Shown: one piece after another, positions 1-9,506 of the stretch
Layout: every line of letters starts with the position of its first letter
How positions within the stretch are numbered: position 1 is the stretch's first letter
Source: an uncultured Spirochaetota bacterium
Lineage (GTDB): Bacteria; Spirochaetota; Spirochaetia; SZUA-6; Fen-1364
DNA length: 64,000 nucleotides
Reading direction: 5' to 3'
Assembly: GCA_963734545.1 (NCBI GenBank)
Contig: CAVTHO010000005.1
Coordinates: 384,001-448,000, forward strand
The notes under the pieces: generated by a model
Database searches by the model: none
The model's input: only the letters and a program-made list of their open reading frames with translations
What the model was told of the DNA's origin: nothing
Program-made: the position numbers and the translations under genes

Positions 1-820
1 AACCCGCGCCGAGCGTCACAGGCGCCGCAAGCGCCAGCCCCACCTTCGGCACGGCGATGGATCCCGACTCGGTTCCCGTGTCAGTCGTATGGAGGATGGC
101 CTCGGGGAGCCCATCCAGCCTGTATTCCAGGAGCCCTTCGCGGGCATCGAAGCGCAGCAGGTGGTGGTGCCACGTGCGGGGCAGGAGCTGCCGCGTCCCG
201 GCAAGCGTGACAGGAAGCCGCTCCCCAGTCGGGAGCGTGAAGAGATTCTGAAATTCCCAGACCAGTCTCCTGTCACGGATAACGCACTGCAGGCTCTGGG
301 AGAGCAGCCTCGCGTCCTGGCCTGCGCTTTCCCGTGATACCCCGGTCCAGGCGATGATCGATTCTCCATTGGAAAGCGTGGCCGGATAGAGCCAGAACTC
401 TATCGTGAAGTCGCCCCATGCCGCGCCGGGAGAGAACATGGCGTCACGCGGAGCCTGGAAGCCCACCTCCCGCGCGTCTCCCGTAAAGGCTGCGCTCCCT
501 CCCCCCAGCGCCGTCACCGCGTCCGTGATGAGGGGAGGGCTGCCGTCCAGAGTGTAGCTGCCGGTTGCATCCGCCGCGCCGGGGGCGTCGAAGTGGAGAA
601 GCAGCTCGGTTGAGCTGTCGGGGGCGTACTCTCCGCTCGTGAGCACAAGATCCTGAAACCCCCATCTCCCGGGGACGGCAGAGACACCCTCCCACGTCTG
701 CATCTGGCCCCACAGGTTCCCTTTTCCCAGCTCGATGGACTTCTCGAGCGCGGAGAGTGGACCCGCGAGGAGCAGCAGACAGAGAAAGACCGTCCCGGAG
801 CGCGATTGTTTCCGGACCAT
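1..820 (-). CDS. Secreted LamG/concanavalin A-like domain protein (3' end runs off the window)
   Basis: Not in the ORF track because it has no stop in the window. Manual translation from ATG 820: MVRKQSRSGTVFLCLLLLAGPLSA (signal peptide)...TELLLHFD...DFTIEFWLYP...WHHHLLRFD...LEYRLDG, which are LamG-type motifs. Open frame to base 1. Confidence 0.75.
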   Translation of the reverse strand, partial: MVRKQSRSGTVFLCLLLLAGPLSALEKSIELGKGNLWGQMQTWEGVSAVPGRWGFQDLVLTSGEYAPDSSTELLLHFDAPGAADATGSYTLDGSPPLITDAVTALGGGSAAFTGDAREVGFQAPRDAMFSPGAAWGDFTIEFWLYPATLSNGESIIAWTGVSRESAGQDARLLSQSLQCVIRDRRLVWEFQNLFTLPTGERLPVTLAGTRQLLPRTWHHHLLRFDAREGLLEYRLDGLPEAILHTTDTGTESGSIAVPKVGLALAAPVTLGAG

Positions 821-856
821 GATTCTGTACATTAGTATTATAATCGGTATCGAGGG

Positions 857-2692
857 GTGTATCTATTGAAGGCTTTCCACGACCCGCGGGACCGCGAGTA
901 TCCCGACCGGCCCGGTGTCTACATCATGAAAAACCTCGAGGGAACGCCTATCTACGTGGGAAAGGCGCGAAGCCTGAAAAACAGGATCCGCAGCTACTTT
1001 GCCGGTGAGAAAGACATCAAGACCCGGTTCCTTCTGGCGCACATGACGGATATCGAGGTCATTATCACCCACACCGAATACGAGGCGCTGATTCTCGAGA
1101 ACAACCTCATCAAGCAGTGGACGCCGCAGTACAATATCAACCTCAAGGACGGCAAGACCTATCCGGTGATCAGGCTCACCGCGGAGGAGTTCCCCCGGGT
1201 CTACAGGACCCGCCGCATGATCTTCGACGGCTCGGAATACTTCGGACCGTTTCCCAAGCCTCACCAGATCGACCTGTACCTGCGGCTGATCGAGCGCCAC
1301 TTCCCGCTCTGCAAGTATCGCGGCTCGCAGAAGAAGCGCGCGTATCCCTGTCTCAACTATCACATGGGGAGGTGCGCCGGGGCCTGCTGTGGAAAAATCA
1401 CCCGGGAGGAATACCTGAAGATCGTGGACGGCGTGCGCAAGCTCCTCTCGGGCCGCAGCGCGGAGCTCCTGCGCGACTTGAAGGAGAAAATGAAGGCTGC
1501 CTCAGAGACTCAGGAGTTCGAGAGGGCGGCGAAGCTGCGCGACCAGATCGCGGCAATCGAGGAAGTATCAGTCGAGCAGAGGGTGATGGAGTTTACGGAG
1601 GAAGACCGGGACTACATCGCGCTCGCGCCCTGCGGGGAAGCGCAGGTCGTCGTCGTGCTGCAGGTCCGCGAGGGCAAGCTCCTGGGCAAAGAGGTTTTCG
1701 AAGTGGCGGAATACGCGCCTGACGAGGAAGCCCTGTCTCATTTCGTTGCGCGCTACTACGCGGAACGAAAGACGGTCCCCGAGGCAGTCTATGTCGGCCG
1801 CGAGCTTGATGTGGAGAACCTCTCCCTCTTTCTCCGCGAGCTCGCCGGCAGGCAGATTGCGGTGAAGATTCCCCAGCGCGGCAAACACACGCAGCTCATG
1901 TCCATGGCCGAGTCGAACGCCCGGGAGGAGGCTGCCAAGGCGGCGCGCGGGGCGGAGATGACCATGGCGCTCGAGGGGCTCAGGCAGGACCTTGGCTTGT
2001 CGACCCTCCCGCGCAGGATCGAGGGGTTCGATATCGCGCACCTCGAAGGCACGGACACCGTTGCGTCCATGGTGCGGTTCACGGACGGCAGGCCGGACAG
2101 GAAGCTGTACCGCGCATTCACGATCAGGAGCCTGAACGGAAAAGTGGATGACTTTGAATCGATACGCGAGGCGGTGGCACGCCGTTACACCCGGGTGGTG
2201 AACGAGGAGCTGGACCGGCCCGATCTGATCCTCATTGACGGGGGGAAGGGCCAGCTCGGCGCGGCGCGAGGTGTCCTGTCTGCGCTGGGCCTGGACGCGA
2301 TGCCGGTGATCGGGCTGGCCAAGAAGCAGGAGGAGATCTTCATCCCCGGCCGGGAGGACCCCCTTGTTCTGGACGAGGCTTCTCCTTCCCTGCGCATCCT
2401 CGAGCAGGTGCGAAACGAATCTCACAGGTTCGCCACGACTCTGAACAAGAAGAAGCGCGCGAAGCGCGTGGCGCTCACACTGCTGGAAGCGGTGCCGGGG
2501 ATCGGTCAGGCGCGCAGCAAGCGGCTGATGACGACATTCGGCTCGATGGAAGCGATCATGGGGGCCACGGTGGAGGAAATCCAGAAGAAGGCGGGTATCC
2601 CTAGAGAAACTGCCGCCATGCTCCTTGCCCGGCTTTCGCAGCGATATAGTAGACCAGCAGGTGCAGAAGAAGCGCGTGCAGGTCACTCCTGA
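857..2692 (+). CDS. uvrC: Excinuclease ABC subunit C
   Basis: GIY-YIG N-terminus (PGVYIM...IYVGKA.SL.NRI.SYF), UVR domain (FERAAKLRD), RIEGFDIAH, LIDGGKGQ and C-terminal HhH (VPGIG). Confidence 0.97.
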   Translation: MYLLKAFHDPRDREYPDRPGVYIMKNLEGTPIYVGKARSLKNRIRSYFAGEKDIKTRFLLAHMTDIEVIITHTEYEALILENNLIKQWTPQYNINLKDGKTYPVIRLTAEEFPRVYRTRRMIFDGSEYFGPFPKPHQIDLYLRLIERHFPLCKYRGSQKKRAYPCLNYHMGRCAGACCGKITREEYLKIVDGVRKLLSGRSAELLRDLKEKMKAASETQEFERAAKLRDQIAAIEEVSVEQRVMEFTEEDRDYIALAPCGEAQVVVVLQVREGKLLGKEVFEVAEYAPDEEALSHFVARYYAERKTVPEAVYVGRELDVENLSLFLRELAGRQIAVKIPQRGKHTQLMSMAESNAREEAAKAARGAEMTMALEGLRQDLGLSTLPRRIEGFDIAHLEGTDTVASMVRFTDGRPDRKLYRAFTIRSLNGKVDDFESIREAVARRYTRVVNEELDRPDLILIDGGKGQLGAARGVLSALGLDAMPVIGLAKKQEEIFIPGREDPLVLDEASPSLRILEQVRNESHRFATTLNKKKRAKRVALTLLEAVPGIGQARSKRLMTTFGSMEAIMGATVEEIQKKAGIPRETAAMLLARLSQRYSRPAGAEEARAGHS

Positions 2693-3620
2693 CGGAGCGG
2701 AAGCGCTCGTCGAAAACGGCCAGAAGCTGCACGATGTCCTCGATCTCCGCGGCGGAGAACTTCCTGTTTCCCGTACCGTAGGTCTTCTGGTTCTTCTTGC
2801 TGAATATCTTCAGCTTCGGGAAGGCCTCCGCGGCCTCGTAGTTGTCGGCGAGCATGCGTTTGAAAGCGGCCAGCCGGCGAAACTGCACGAGAAGGCCGCT
2901 CGCGAGCTGCGTTGCTTCCGCCTCGCGGGAGAGCAGGATCTTGTCCAGCACTTCTTCAGCGTCCGTCAGCTCTCGTTCACAGATCTTGTCGAACAGCGTG
3001 AAGACGTTTTCTTCCTTTGAGTGGTAGATGTACTGTTCCACGCTGTCCAGATGGATCGTGGTGTCAGGGCCGAAGAACTGGGCAAGCCGATCACACTCCA
3101 CCCGCATGTCGCGCGTGTTGTTTTCCACCATGTCGAGGATATACTCCACCGCCAGCGGATCGATGGAGATCTTCTTCTGCCGGAAGTATCCCGTGACCCA
3201 GCCCTGTTTCTGGTTGTCGAACATCTCCCAGAAAATCTTCTGATTCTCTTTGGGAATGGCTGCCGAGATCTTCCTGTCGATTTCCCCCGCGAAGCCCGGG
3301 CTCACCAGGAGGAGAGTGGCATCTTTGGCCGGTGAGCCCAGGTACTCCACCAGCGCCGCCACCTCCTCTGCGCGCTTGATCTCTTCCGCGTTCGCGAGGA
3401 TCACGAGCCGCTGCGCGCTGAAGAGCGTCTGATTGCGCAGGCACAGGATCACATCCGCCATGCGGCTCTCACCCGCGTAGAATCTGGTGATCTCGGGTTT
3501 CTCTCCCCGCTTTGCCGCCAGGCCCTGCGTGATCTTTTCGATGAATGCCGTCTTTTCGCCTTCTTCGGGACCGAGCAGAAGGTGCGCCGGAAGGTCGCGC
3601 GGCGCCGCCGCGGGGCTCAC
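2601..3620 (-). CDS. holA: DNA polymerase III delta subunit
   Basis: LLLGPEEGEK, TLFS..RLV, FWEMF and EENVFTLFD motifs; 339 aa; overlaps the lexA stop by 4 bp. Confidence 0.88.
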   Translation of the reverse strand: MSPAAAPRDLPAHLLLGPEEGEKTAFIEKITQGLAAKRGEKPEITRFYAGESRMADVILCLRNQTLFSAQRLVILANAEEIKRAEEVAALVEYLGSPAKDATLLLVSPGFAGEIDRKISAAIPKENQKIFWEMFDNQKQGWVTGYFRQKKISIDPLAVEYILDMVENNTRDMRVECDRLAQFFGPDTTIHLDSVEQYIYHSKEENVFTLFDKICERELTDAEEVLDKILLSREAEATQLASGLLVQFRRLAAFKRMLADNYEAAEAFPKLKIFSKKNQKTYGTGNRKFSAAEIEDIVQLLAVFDERFRSVRSDLHALLLHLLVYYIAAKAGQGAWRQFL

Positions 3621-4222
3621 GGATAGGTTCTCATGAGGAAGGCAAGCCTTCCGAGGATGCGCACGTTCTGCGTGTAGAGGGGAGGATACTTGGGGTTCTC
3701 GGCCTTGAGACGGACACGGTTCTTCTCGATGTAGAACCGTTTGAGGGTGACGGCCTCGTCCACCATGGCCACCACGATGTCGCCATTGTCCGCGGTGCTC
3801 TGCTGGGTCACCACCACGACATCTCCGTCCATGATACCGGCGTCCTTCATGCTGTCTCCCTTCACCTGCAGGGCGAAGTGCGTGGACTTGCCCAGGGAGG
3901 CAGCAGGGACATGGACGTAGCCCTGGAGGTTTTCCTCCGCGAAGAGCGGCTTCCCGGCGGCCACATTGCCCAGCAGGGGAACGGATGCCACTTCCTCCCC
4001 GACCGCCTCGACGTCACGCAGGATCTCGATGGCGCGCGACCTGTTCTCGTGACAGCGCAGGTATGCCTTCTTCTCCAGGGCCTTCACGTGGTCGTAGCTC
4101 CCCTTCACGGAGAAGCGGAAATTCGTGGCGATTTCCCGTATGGTGGGAGGATAGCGGTTGAGGCGGATGAATTCGCGGATGAAATTGAACACTTCCCGCT
4201 GGCGCTGGGTCAGACCCTTCAT
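3617..4222 (-). CDS. lexA: SOS repressor LexA
   Basis: LT.RQ..V...I...I....YPPTIREI wHTH, VAAG cleavage site, GDSM catalytic Ser, VTLKR catalytic Lys. Confidence 0.96.
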   Translation of the reverse strand: MKGLTQRQREVFNFIREFIRLNRYPPTIREIATNFRFSVKGSYDHVKALEKKAYLRCHENRSRAIEILRDVEAVGEEVASVPLLGNVAAGKPLFAEENLQGYVHVPAASLGKSTHFALQVKGDSMKDAGIMDGDVVVVTQQSTADNGDIVVAMVDEAVTLKRFYIEKNRVRLKAENPKYPPLYTQNVRILGRLAFLMRTYP

Positions 4223-4228
4223 TTTCTT

Positions 4229-5593
4229 CTACTTCTCCGCCGTGATCTTCAACTTCTTCATCTTGCTGTGGAGATTGCTCGCGTACACCCCCAGGGCGTC
4301 CGCCGCCCGGGAGATGTTGCCTCCGTTCTCCCTGAGCTTTGCCGCGATCAGGTCGCGCTCGAAGCTGTCACGTGCTTCGGCGAGCGTCATCGTGTCATAC
4401 GCGGAAAGCGTGCTGTCCGCCTCCTGGCGGGGGGTCGCACCGAGGAAGGACTTGACCGACGAGGCGGAGATCACAAGCTCCTCCGCCATGATATTAATCC
4501 TCTCCACGAAGTTTTTCAATTCCCTTATATTGCCCGGCCAATGATACGCGCAGAGGAGCCGCATGCCCTCGGGGGAGACGGTCTTGGGCTCCATGGCCGA
4601 GGGCCGCTTGAACTTCTCCATGAAGTAGGCGACCAGCTCCGGCATGTCCTCGATCCGCTCGCGCAGGGGGGGGACCGTGATGGGCACCACGTTGATGCGG
4701 AAGAAGAGATCCTCGCGGAATCGCCCGGCGCGGATCTGCTCGTGGATGTCCTTGTTGGTGGCGGAGATCACGCGCACGTCCACCGAGAGCGATTCCTCCC
4801 CCCCGACACGCTCGAAACGCATCTCCTGCAGCACGCGGAGAACCTTTGCCTGGGTGACAAGGGACATGTCCGCGATCTCGTCGAGGAAGAGCGTGCCGTG
4901 ATGGGCCATTTCGACCTTGCCCCGTCTGCGCTGCAGGGCGCTGGTGAAGGCGCCTTTCTCGTGTCCGAAAAGCTCGCTTTCGATCAGGCTCTCGGGAATT
5001 GCCGCACAGTTGAGCTCCACGAACGGCCGGCCCGCCCGGGCGCTGCGCGCGTGGATCTCGCGGGCCACCAGCTCCTTGCCGGTTCCGTTTTCCCCCAGGA
5101 TGAGGATCCGCGAGTCGCTGCCGGCCGCCTGCTCGATGAGCCCGCGCACCGCTTTCATTCCCGGGCTCGAGCCCACCATCCTGTCGTCAATGAAGATGCT
5201 GTTCTTCAGAGTCCTGTTCTCCCGGCGCAGGTCCTCGATCGCGATTGCGTTGCGCACCACCGTCATGGTCCTGTCCAGCGAGAGGGGCTTTTCCAGGAAG
5301 TCGAAGGCGCCCATCTTGGTGGCCTGCACGGCGAGGGAGATGTTCGCGTGGCCCGAGATCATGATGACTTCCACGTCGGGAAACTGCTCCCGGATCCGCT
5401 TCAGCACCTCGATGCCCCCCATGTTGGGAAGCCACACGTCGAGAAACACGAGGTCGACGGTGGAGGCGGCGAGCTCGGCCAGGCCCTGCGCGCCATCCTC
5501 GGCGGCGAGCACCGTGTAACCCTCGTCCTCCAGGATGTCGCGGAGCACCGTGCGGATGCCCGGCTCGTCGTCGATGATAAGGATGCTGCTCAT
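4229..5593 (-). CDS. Sigma-54-dependent (NtrX-like) response regulator: REC-AAA+-HTH
   Basis: Start placed at MSSILIIDDE (ATG 5593, ATGA overlap with the kinase stop); DVWLP receiver, GENGTGKE Walker A, GAFTSA loop, WPGNIREL, Fis-type HTH. Confidence 0.92.
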   Translation of the reverse strand: MSSILIIDDEPGIRTVLRDILEDEGYTVLAAEDGAQGLAELAASTVDLVFLDVWLPNMGGIEVLKRIREQFPDVEVIMISGHANISLAVQATKMGAFDFLEKPLSLDRTMTVVRNAIAIEDLRRENRTLKNSIFIDDRMVGSSPGMKAVRGLIEQAAGSDSRILILGENGTGKELVAREIHARSARAGRPFVELNCAAIPESLIESELFGHEKGAFTSALQRRRGKVEMAHHGTLFLDEIADMSLVTQAKVLRVLQEMRFERVGGEESLSVDVRVISATNKDIHEQIRAGRFREDLFFRINVVPITVPPLRERIEDMPELVAYFMEKFKRPSAMEPKTVSPEGMRLLCAYHWPGNIRELKNFVERINIMAEELVISASSVKSFLGATPRQEADSTLSAYDTMTLAEARDSFERDLIAAKLRENGGNISRAADALGVYASNLHSKMKKLKITAEK

Positions 5594-7365
5594 GCCTGCG
5601 GCCCTCCCGCGGCCCCGGTCGGCAGGTCGATGAAGAACGTGGTGCCGGTGCTTCCATCGCTCTCTGCCCACACGTTGCCCTTGTGGTCGAACACGATGCG
5701 CTGCACGATGGCGAGGCCCAGTCCCGTGCCGTCTTTTTTCGTGGTGAAGTAGGGATCGAAGATGCTGTCCATGTTCGACTCGCTGATGCCCGTCCCCGTG
5801 TCGCTCACGGCGATTCGACAGAAGCTGGTGTGGGCCTTCTTGACCACGTCTGCGCGCACGGAGAGAAGGCCGCCTTCCGGCATGGCCTGGATGGCGTTGG
5901 TGAAGAGATTGGCGAAGACGCGCTTCATCTGGTTCCTGTCCACGGCCAGCACAATGGAGTCAGGCACCTCCTTGACGTCGATTTTCACCCGTGAAGAAAG
6001 GTGCGCATAGACGGAGGCAACCTCCCCGAGCATCTCCTTGAGAATGACCTCCGCCGGCCGGGGAACCGGCAGCTTCGCGAACTCCCCGAATTCGCGCAGC
6101 ATCCTCTCCAGGTTCTCCACCTCGGTGATGATCGACGAGACGGCAGGATGCAGGACTTTTGTGAAGTCCTCGCCGCCCTCCTGGTACTTCTTCAGCATCC
6201 GCTGGGCGGAGAGCTTGATCGGGGTGAGCGGGTTGCGGATCTCGTGCGCGAGGCGCTGGGCGATTTCCTGCCAGGCGGTGATCCTTTCCGCCTGCAGCAG
6301 CTTGCGCCGCGACCGCTCGAGCTCGGAGATCATGCCATTGAAGGAGTCCACCAGGTTGGCCAGCTCGTCCCGCGGCCGGGTGAGGATGCGGAAGCTGAAA
6401 TCCCCTTCCGCCACCCGCCGGGTGGCGTCCTCCAGGTGCACGATGGGCCCGATGATCCTCTCGGTGAGAAGGAGGCTGACCAGTATCGTGATGAAGAAGA
6501 TGGGCAGGGAGAACAGGAAGAAAAAGCCCACCAGCACGAGCCTGAAAAGCACGCGAAACTGGTCGAGCGCCGTGAAGAGGGTCAGGCTCTCGGTGAGCTT
6601 GCGCGCGTTTTTCCGGAGATCGGCGGACAGAAGCGCGCTGGCCACGGCCGTCAGCCGTGTCCCGCCCACCGTGAAGCTTCTCACATCGCGCAGGATCGTC
6701 ACGTCCTCCCGCACTTCCTGGCCGCCCGCCCCTTCCGCGCTGGACAGACGCGCGCGGGGGTCGCCGCGGAACGCGAGGTCCTTCCCCTCCCGGGAGAAGA
6801 GCTGCAGCGCGCCGAGACTCGAGTTGACCGCCTGGATCTCCGTCCATGTCCTGTCGGGCGCGGAAGCGAAGTCGCCCACGAGGCCCGGGGCGAGAGGACC
6901 ATCCATGAAGGAGCGAAGCACTTGGAGCCTTTCCTTCTGGTAGGCAATCGCCATGTCGCGCGCGCCCCGCAAAGCGTCGCCTATCGAGGAGCTGAACCAC
7001 GTTCCCATTGCGGAGTTGACGAATGTGATGCCGAGCATGGCCTGGGGTCCGGCCGAGAGAACACTGACCAGGGTGAAAAAAAGAAGGAGCCGCAGGCGCA
7101 GGCCTGCTCCGGACTGCCGCAGCGCCCGCTGGCGCAGCAGGCGCGTGATCTGGAAGACCGTGATCCCCAGGAGCACCAGGGGCAGCGCCAGGGCCACGAG
7201 GAGCGCGATGGTCGTTGTTCCGGGATCAGCGCTTGCGATGGTGGTGATGAATGTCCGGGAGAAGGCGATGATCACGCCGATGAGAATGACGAACAGGAGC
7301 ACCAGGGCGAGCAGGCCGCGCGACGTGTTCTCCGCCATGGCTGCCCGGTCCGCCGCGCGCTTCAT
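5590..7365 (-). CDS. NtrY-like membrane sensor histidine kinase (TM-HAMP-HisKA-HATPase)
   Basis: AWQEIAQRLAHEIRNPLTPIKLSAQR is the NtrY-type H-box; HAMP domain, N/G1/F/G2 boxes, four TM helices. Confidence 0.9.
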   Translation of the reverse strand: MKRAADRAAMAENTSRGLLALVLLFVILIGVIIAFSRTFITTIASADPGTTTIALLVALALPLVLLGITVFQITRLLRQRALRQSGAGLRLRLLLFFTLVSVLSAGPQAMLGITFVNSAMGTWFSSSIGDALRGARDMAIAYQKERLQVLRSFMDGPLAPGLVGDFASAPDRTWTEIQAVNSSLGALQLFSREGKDLAFRGDPRARLSSAEGAGGQEVREDVTILRDVRSFTVGGTRLTAVASALLSADLRKNARKLTESLTLFTALDQFRVLFRLVLVGFFFLFSLPIFFITILVSLLLTERIIGPIVHLEDATRRVAEGDFSFRILTRPRDELANLVDSFNGMISELERSRRKLLQAERITAWQEIAQRLAHEIRNPLTPIKLSAQRMLKKYQEGGEDFTKVLHPAVSSIITEVENLERMLREFGEFAKLPVPRPAEVILKEMLGEVASVYAHLSSRVKIDVKEVPDSIVLAVDRNQMKRVFANLFTNAIQAMPEGGLLSVRADVVKKAHTSFCRIAVSDTGTGISESNMDSIFDPYFTTKKDGTGLGLAIVQRIVFDHKGNVWAESDGSTGTTFFIDLPTGAAGGPQA

Positions 7366-7910
7366 GGCGCCTCCCTCCTCACCCAGGGGCTGGTGTACGT
7401 GGCGGCTCGGCCCACGATGCTGACCAGGGTCAGCGGAGGCATGAGGCGGACGGGCTCGAACTGCGCCCGCGCCATCACGTACAGGGCGGCCGAGGCAGGG
7501 GGACGGACGTACAGGGGCATCTCGGAAAGGCTGAAGAAACCCTCGAGGAGCTCGTTCACGCTCGCGAAGGACACACGCTCGCCCGTGTCGGTCTCCACAA
7601 CGAACCGTTCATCAAGGAAATCCCAGAACGCGCTGCGCGAGAACCTGCGCTCGGCGAGCATGCGGTCCCCGGGGAAGGGGAAAATTCCCTGCCGCTTTTC
7701 GTACACGCGCGCCGTGAATGTGATCCTGGATTCGAGGCCCTGGCGGAGGGAAGAGACCAGCTCCTCCATGCGATCCCACCGGAACGTCACGTCCGCCGAA
7801 AGGACTCCGGCGGGTGAGGACAAGGACACCTCCACGCCCTGGCCGTGCACTGCCGCCGCCGGCAGCAGGGCGACGCACAGGACCAGGACGGCCGCACGGC
7901 CGCGCGGCAC
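7362..7910 (-). CDS. DUF4390-like exported protein
   Basis: Probable GTG at 7910 just after the ptsH stop; signal peptide; 'LRQGLESRITF...WDFLDERF' pattern; position directly upstream of the NtrY/NtrX pair is typical of DUF4390. Confidence 0.6.
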   Translation of the reverse strand: MPRGRAAVLVLCVALLPAAAVHGQGVEVSLSSPAGVLSADVTFRWDRMEELVSSLRQGLESRITFTARVYEKRQGIFPFPGDRMLAERRFSRSAFWDFLDERFVVETDTGERVSFASVNELLEGFFSLSEMPLYVRPPASAALYVMARAQFEPVRLMPPLTLVSIVGRAATYTSPWVRREAP

Positions 7911-7911
7911 C

Positions 7912-8178
7912 CTATTCCTCTTCGAAACGGTTCGCGAACAATTTCTCGATCGCGTCAACGGCCTGCGCCTCGTCGGGCCCATCGGCGATTATCTTCAGCG
8001 GCGTGTTGTAAGTGGCGCCGAGGGTGATGACTCCCATGATGGATTTTCCATTGACCCTCTCGCTGTCTTTCTCGATATAGATCTGGGAGCTGAACCCGCT
8101 GGCAGTTTTCACCAGCAGCGCCGCGGGGCGGGCGTGCATGCCTGCCCGGTTGCGGATCGTGACGATGCGCTCGACCAT
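7912..8178 (-). CDS. ptsH: Phosphocarrier protein HPr
   Basis: GMHARPA (His15) and NGKSIMG (Ser46); 88 aa. Confidence 0.96.
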   Translation of the reverse strand: MVERIVTIRNRAGMHARPAALLVKTASGFSSQIYIEKDSERVNGKSIMGVITLGATYNTPLKIIADGPDEAQAVDAIEKLFANRFEEE

Positions 8179-8184
8179 GTCGCC

Positions 8185-9174
8185 TCATTTCTCGTTCAGG
8201 AAGATTTCCCGGGTGCTCTCGCCTTCCAGCCAGTTCATGACATTGCGGTTGAACTCGCGCGCCGAATAGTAGCCCATTTTCTTCAGCCGCTCGTTTCGGG
8301 CCGCCGTTTCGATTATGACGGGCACATTGCGACCCGGTTTGATGGGGACGGTGACGCACGGCACGTGCACGCCGAGGATGTCCTCCGTGGCTTCCTCCGC
8401 GCCGATCCTGTCATAGTTCTTGTCGGGGTTCCACAACTCCAGATTCACCACGAGCTGGATGCGCTTCTTGTCCCTGATTGCCCCGACACCGAAGAGGTGG
8501 GTGATATTGATGATCCCCAGGCCCCGGATCTCCATGTGGTGGCTGACCACCTGCGCCCCGGTTCCCATCAGGATGTTGCCGCTCACCCGGCGGATCTCCA
8601 CTGAATCGTCTGCGACCAGGCGATGCCCGCGCTCGATGAGTGACAACGCCGATTCGCTCTTGCCGACCCCGCTCTCCCCTTGGATCAGAACGCCGATGCC
8701 GAAAACCTCCACGAGGACCCCGTGGACCGTCTTCTTGGGCGCGTAGATGGTCGAAAGCACGCGCAGGATCCGCATCGTGAACTCCGAGGTCGAGAGATCC
8801 GTCTGCAGGCTTGGGCACTCGGCCGCCTCCGCGCATTCGGCAAAGTCCGCGGTGGGCTCCAGCGAGTGGGTGAACACGCAGCACGGGATCGGATAGGTGA
8901 ACAGCTTCTCCAGCTCCTTGCGCTGTTTTTCCTTTGCCAGCTTCTGGAGATACGCGTTCTCGCCCCTGCCGAATATCTGGATGCGCTGAAAGGCGAAGTT
9001 TTCGTAGAAGCCGCCGAGCTCGAGGCCGGGGCGGTTGATGTCCGTGACGGCAATCTCCCTGATGAGGCCGGGTCTCCCGCCGATGCACGTGAGATCCAGC
9101 GCATCGTTCTCCCGCAAATCGAGCTGCAGCAAGTCCAGGACCCGGAATTTTTCCTTCGCCGAATTGGGGGCCAT
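8185..9174 (-). CDS. hprK: HPr(Ser) kinase/phosphorylase
   Basis: INRPGLEL, HGVLVEVFG.GVLI.GESGVGKSE, LVADD, HHMEIRGLGII; start set at MAPNSAKE (9174). Confidence 0.96.
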   Translation of the reverse strand: MAPNSAKEKFRVLDLLQLDLRENDALDLTCIGGRPGLIREIAVTDINRPGLELGGFYENFAFQRIQIFGRGENAYLQKLAKEKQRKELEKLFTYPIPCCVFTHSLEPTADFAECAEAAECPSLQTDLSTSEFTMRILRVLSTIYAPKKTVHGVLVEVFGIGVLIQGESGVGKSESALSLIERGHRLVADDSVEIRRVSGNILMGTGAQVVSHHMEIRGLGIINITHLFGVGAIRDKKRIQLVVNLELWNPDKNYDRIGAEEATEDILGVHVPCVTVPIKPGRNVPVIIETAARNERLKKMGYYSAREFNRNVMNWLEGESTREIFLNEK

Positions 9175-9182
9175 GTTCCCGC

Positions 9183-9506
9183 CTACTCTTCTTCCTTCAC
9201 GATTTCTTTCTTCTTGTGATGGTCCTTGATCTTGGATTTTTCTTTCTCGATCTTGGCTTCCAGCTTGTCGAAGAACTCGTCGATGCCCTGGTTGAGATCG
9301 AAACTTTCCACCCCGAGGTGTGTGGATGCTCCCCATCGAAAATTGACGGTCGCCTCCACCTTGTAGAGATTTTTCTCCCGGGTGAGGTTCAGCATGAAGT
9401 CCACGATGAGATCCCGGGCGAAATCCAGGCGCGGCATTTTTGCATCGAGGTATTCCTGTACGTTCTTGGTGACTTCCAGATGGATTCCCTTGATTTCGAC
9501 GTTCAT
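9183..9506 (-). CDS. hpf: Ribosome hibernation promoting factor (HPF/RaiA family)
   Basis: MNVEIKGIHLEVT...Y...KM..L; about 107 aa; standard position between rpoN and hprK. Confidence 0.85.
   Translation of the reverse strand: MNVEIKGIHLEVTKNVQEYLDAKMPRLDFARDLIVDFMLNLTREKNLYKVEATVNFRWGASTHLGVESFDLNQGIDEFFDKLEAKIEKEKSKIKDHHKKKEIVKEEE

Noticed and set aside
821-856. AT-rich TGTACATTAGTATT upstream of uvrC as a LexA box
   Set aside because: Only a weak dyad, with no matching copy upstream of uvrA or the lexA operon; explained as divergent promoter sequence
3545-8604. Very long plus-strand ORFs (735 aa, 867 aa) and similar ones at 9839, 13618, 16963, 32888, 34690, 51444 and 56961
   Set aside because: Antisense shadows of real GC-rich genes with no recognisable motifs; only the last 238 codons of the 51444 ORF are a real gene
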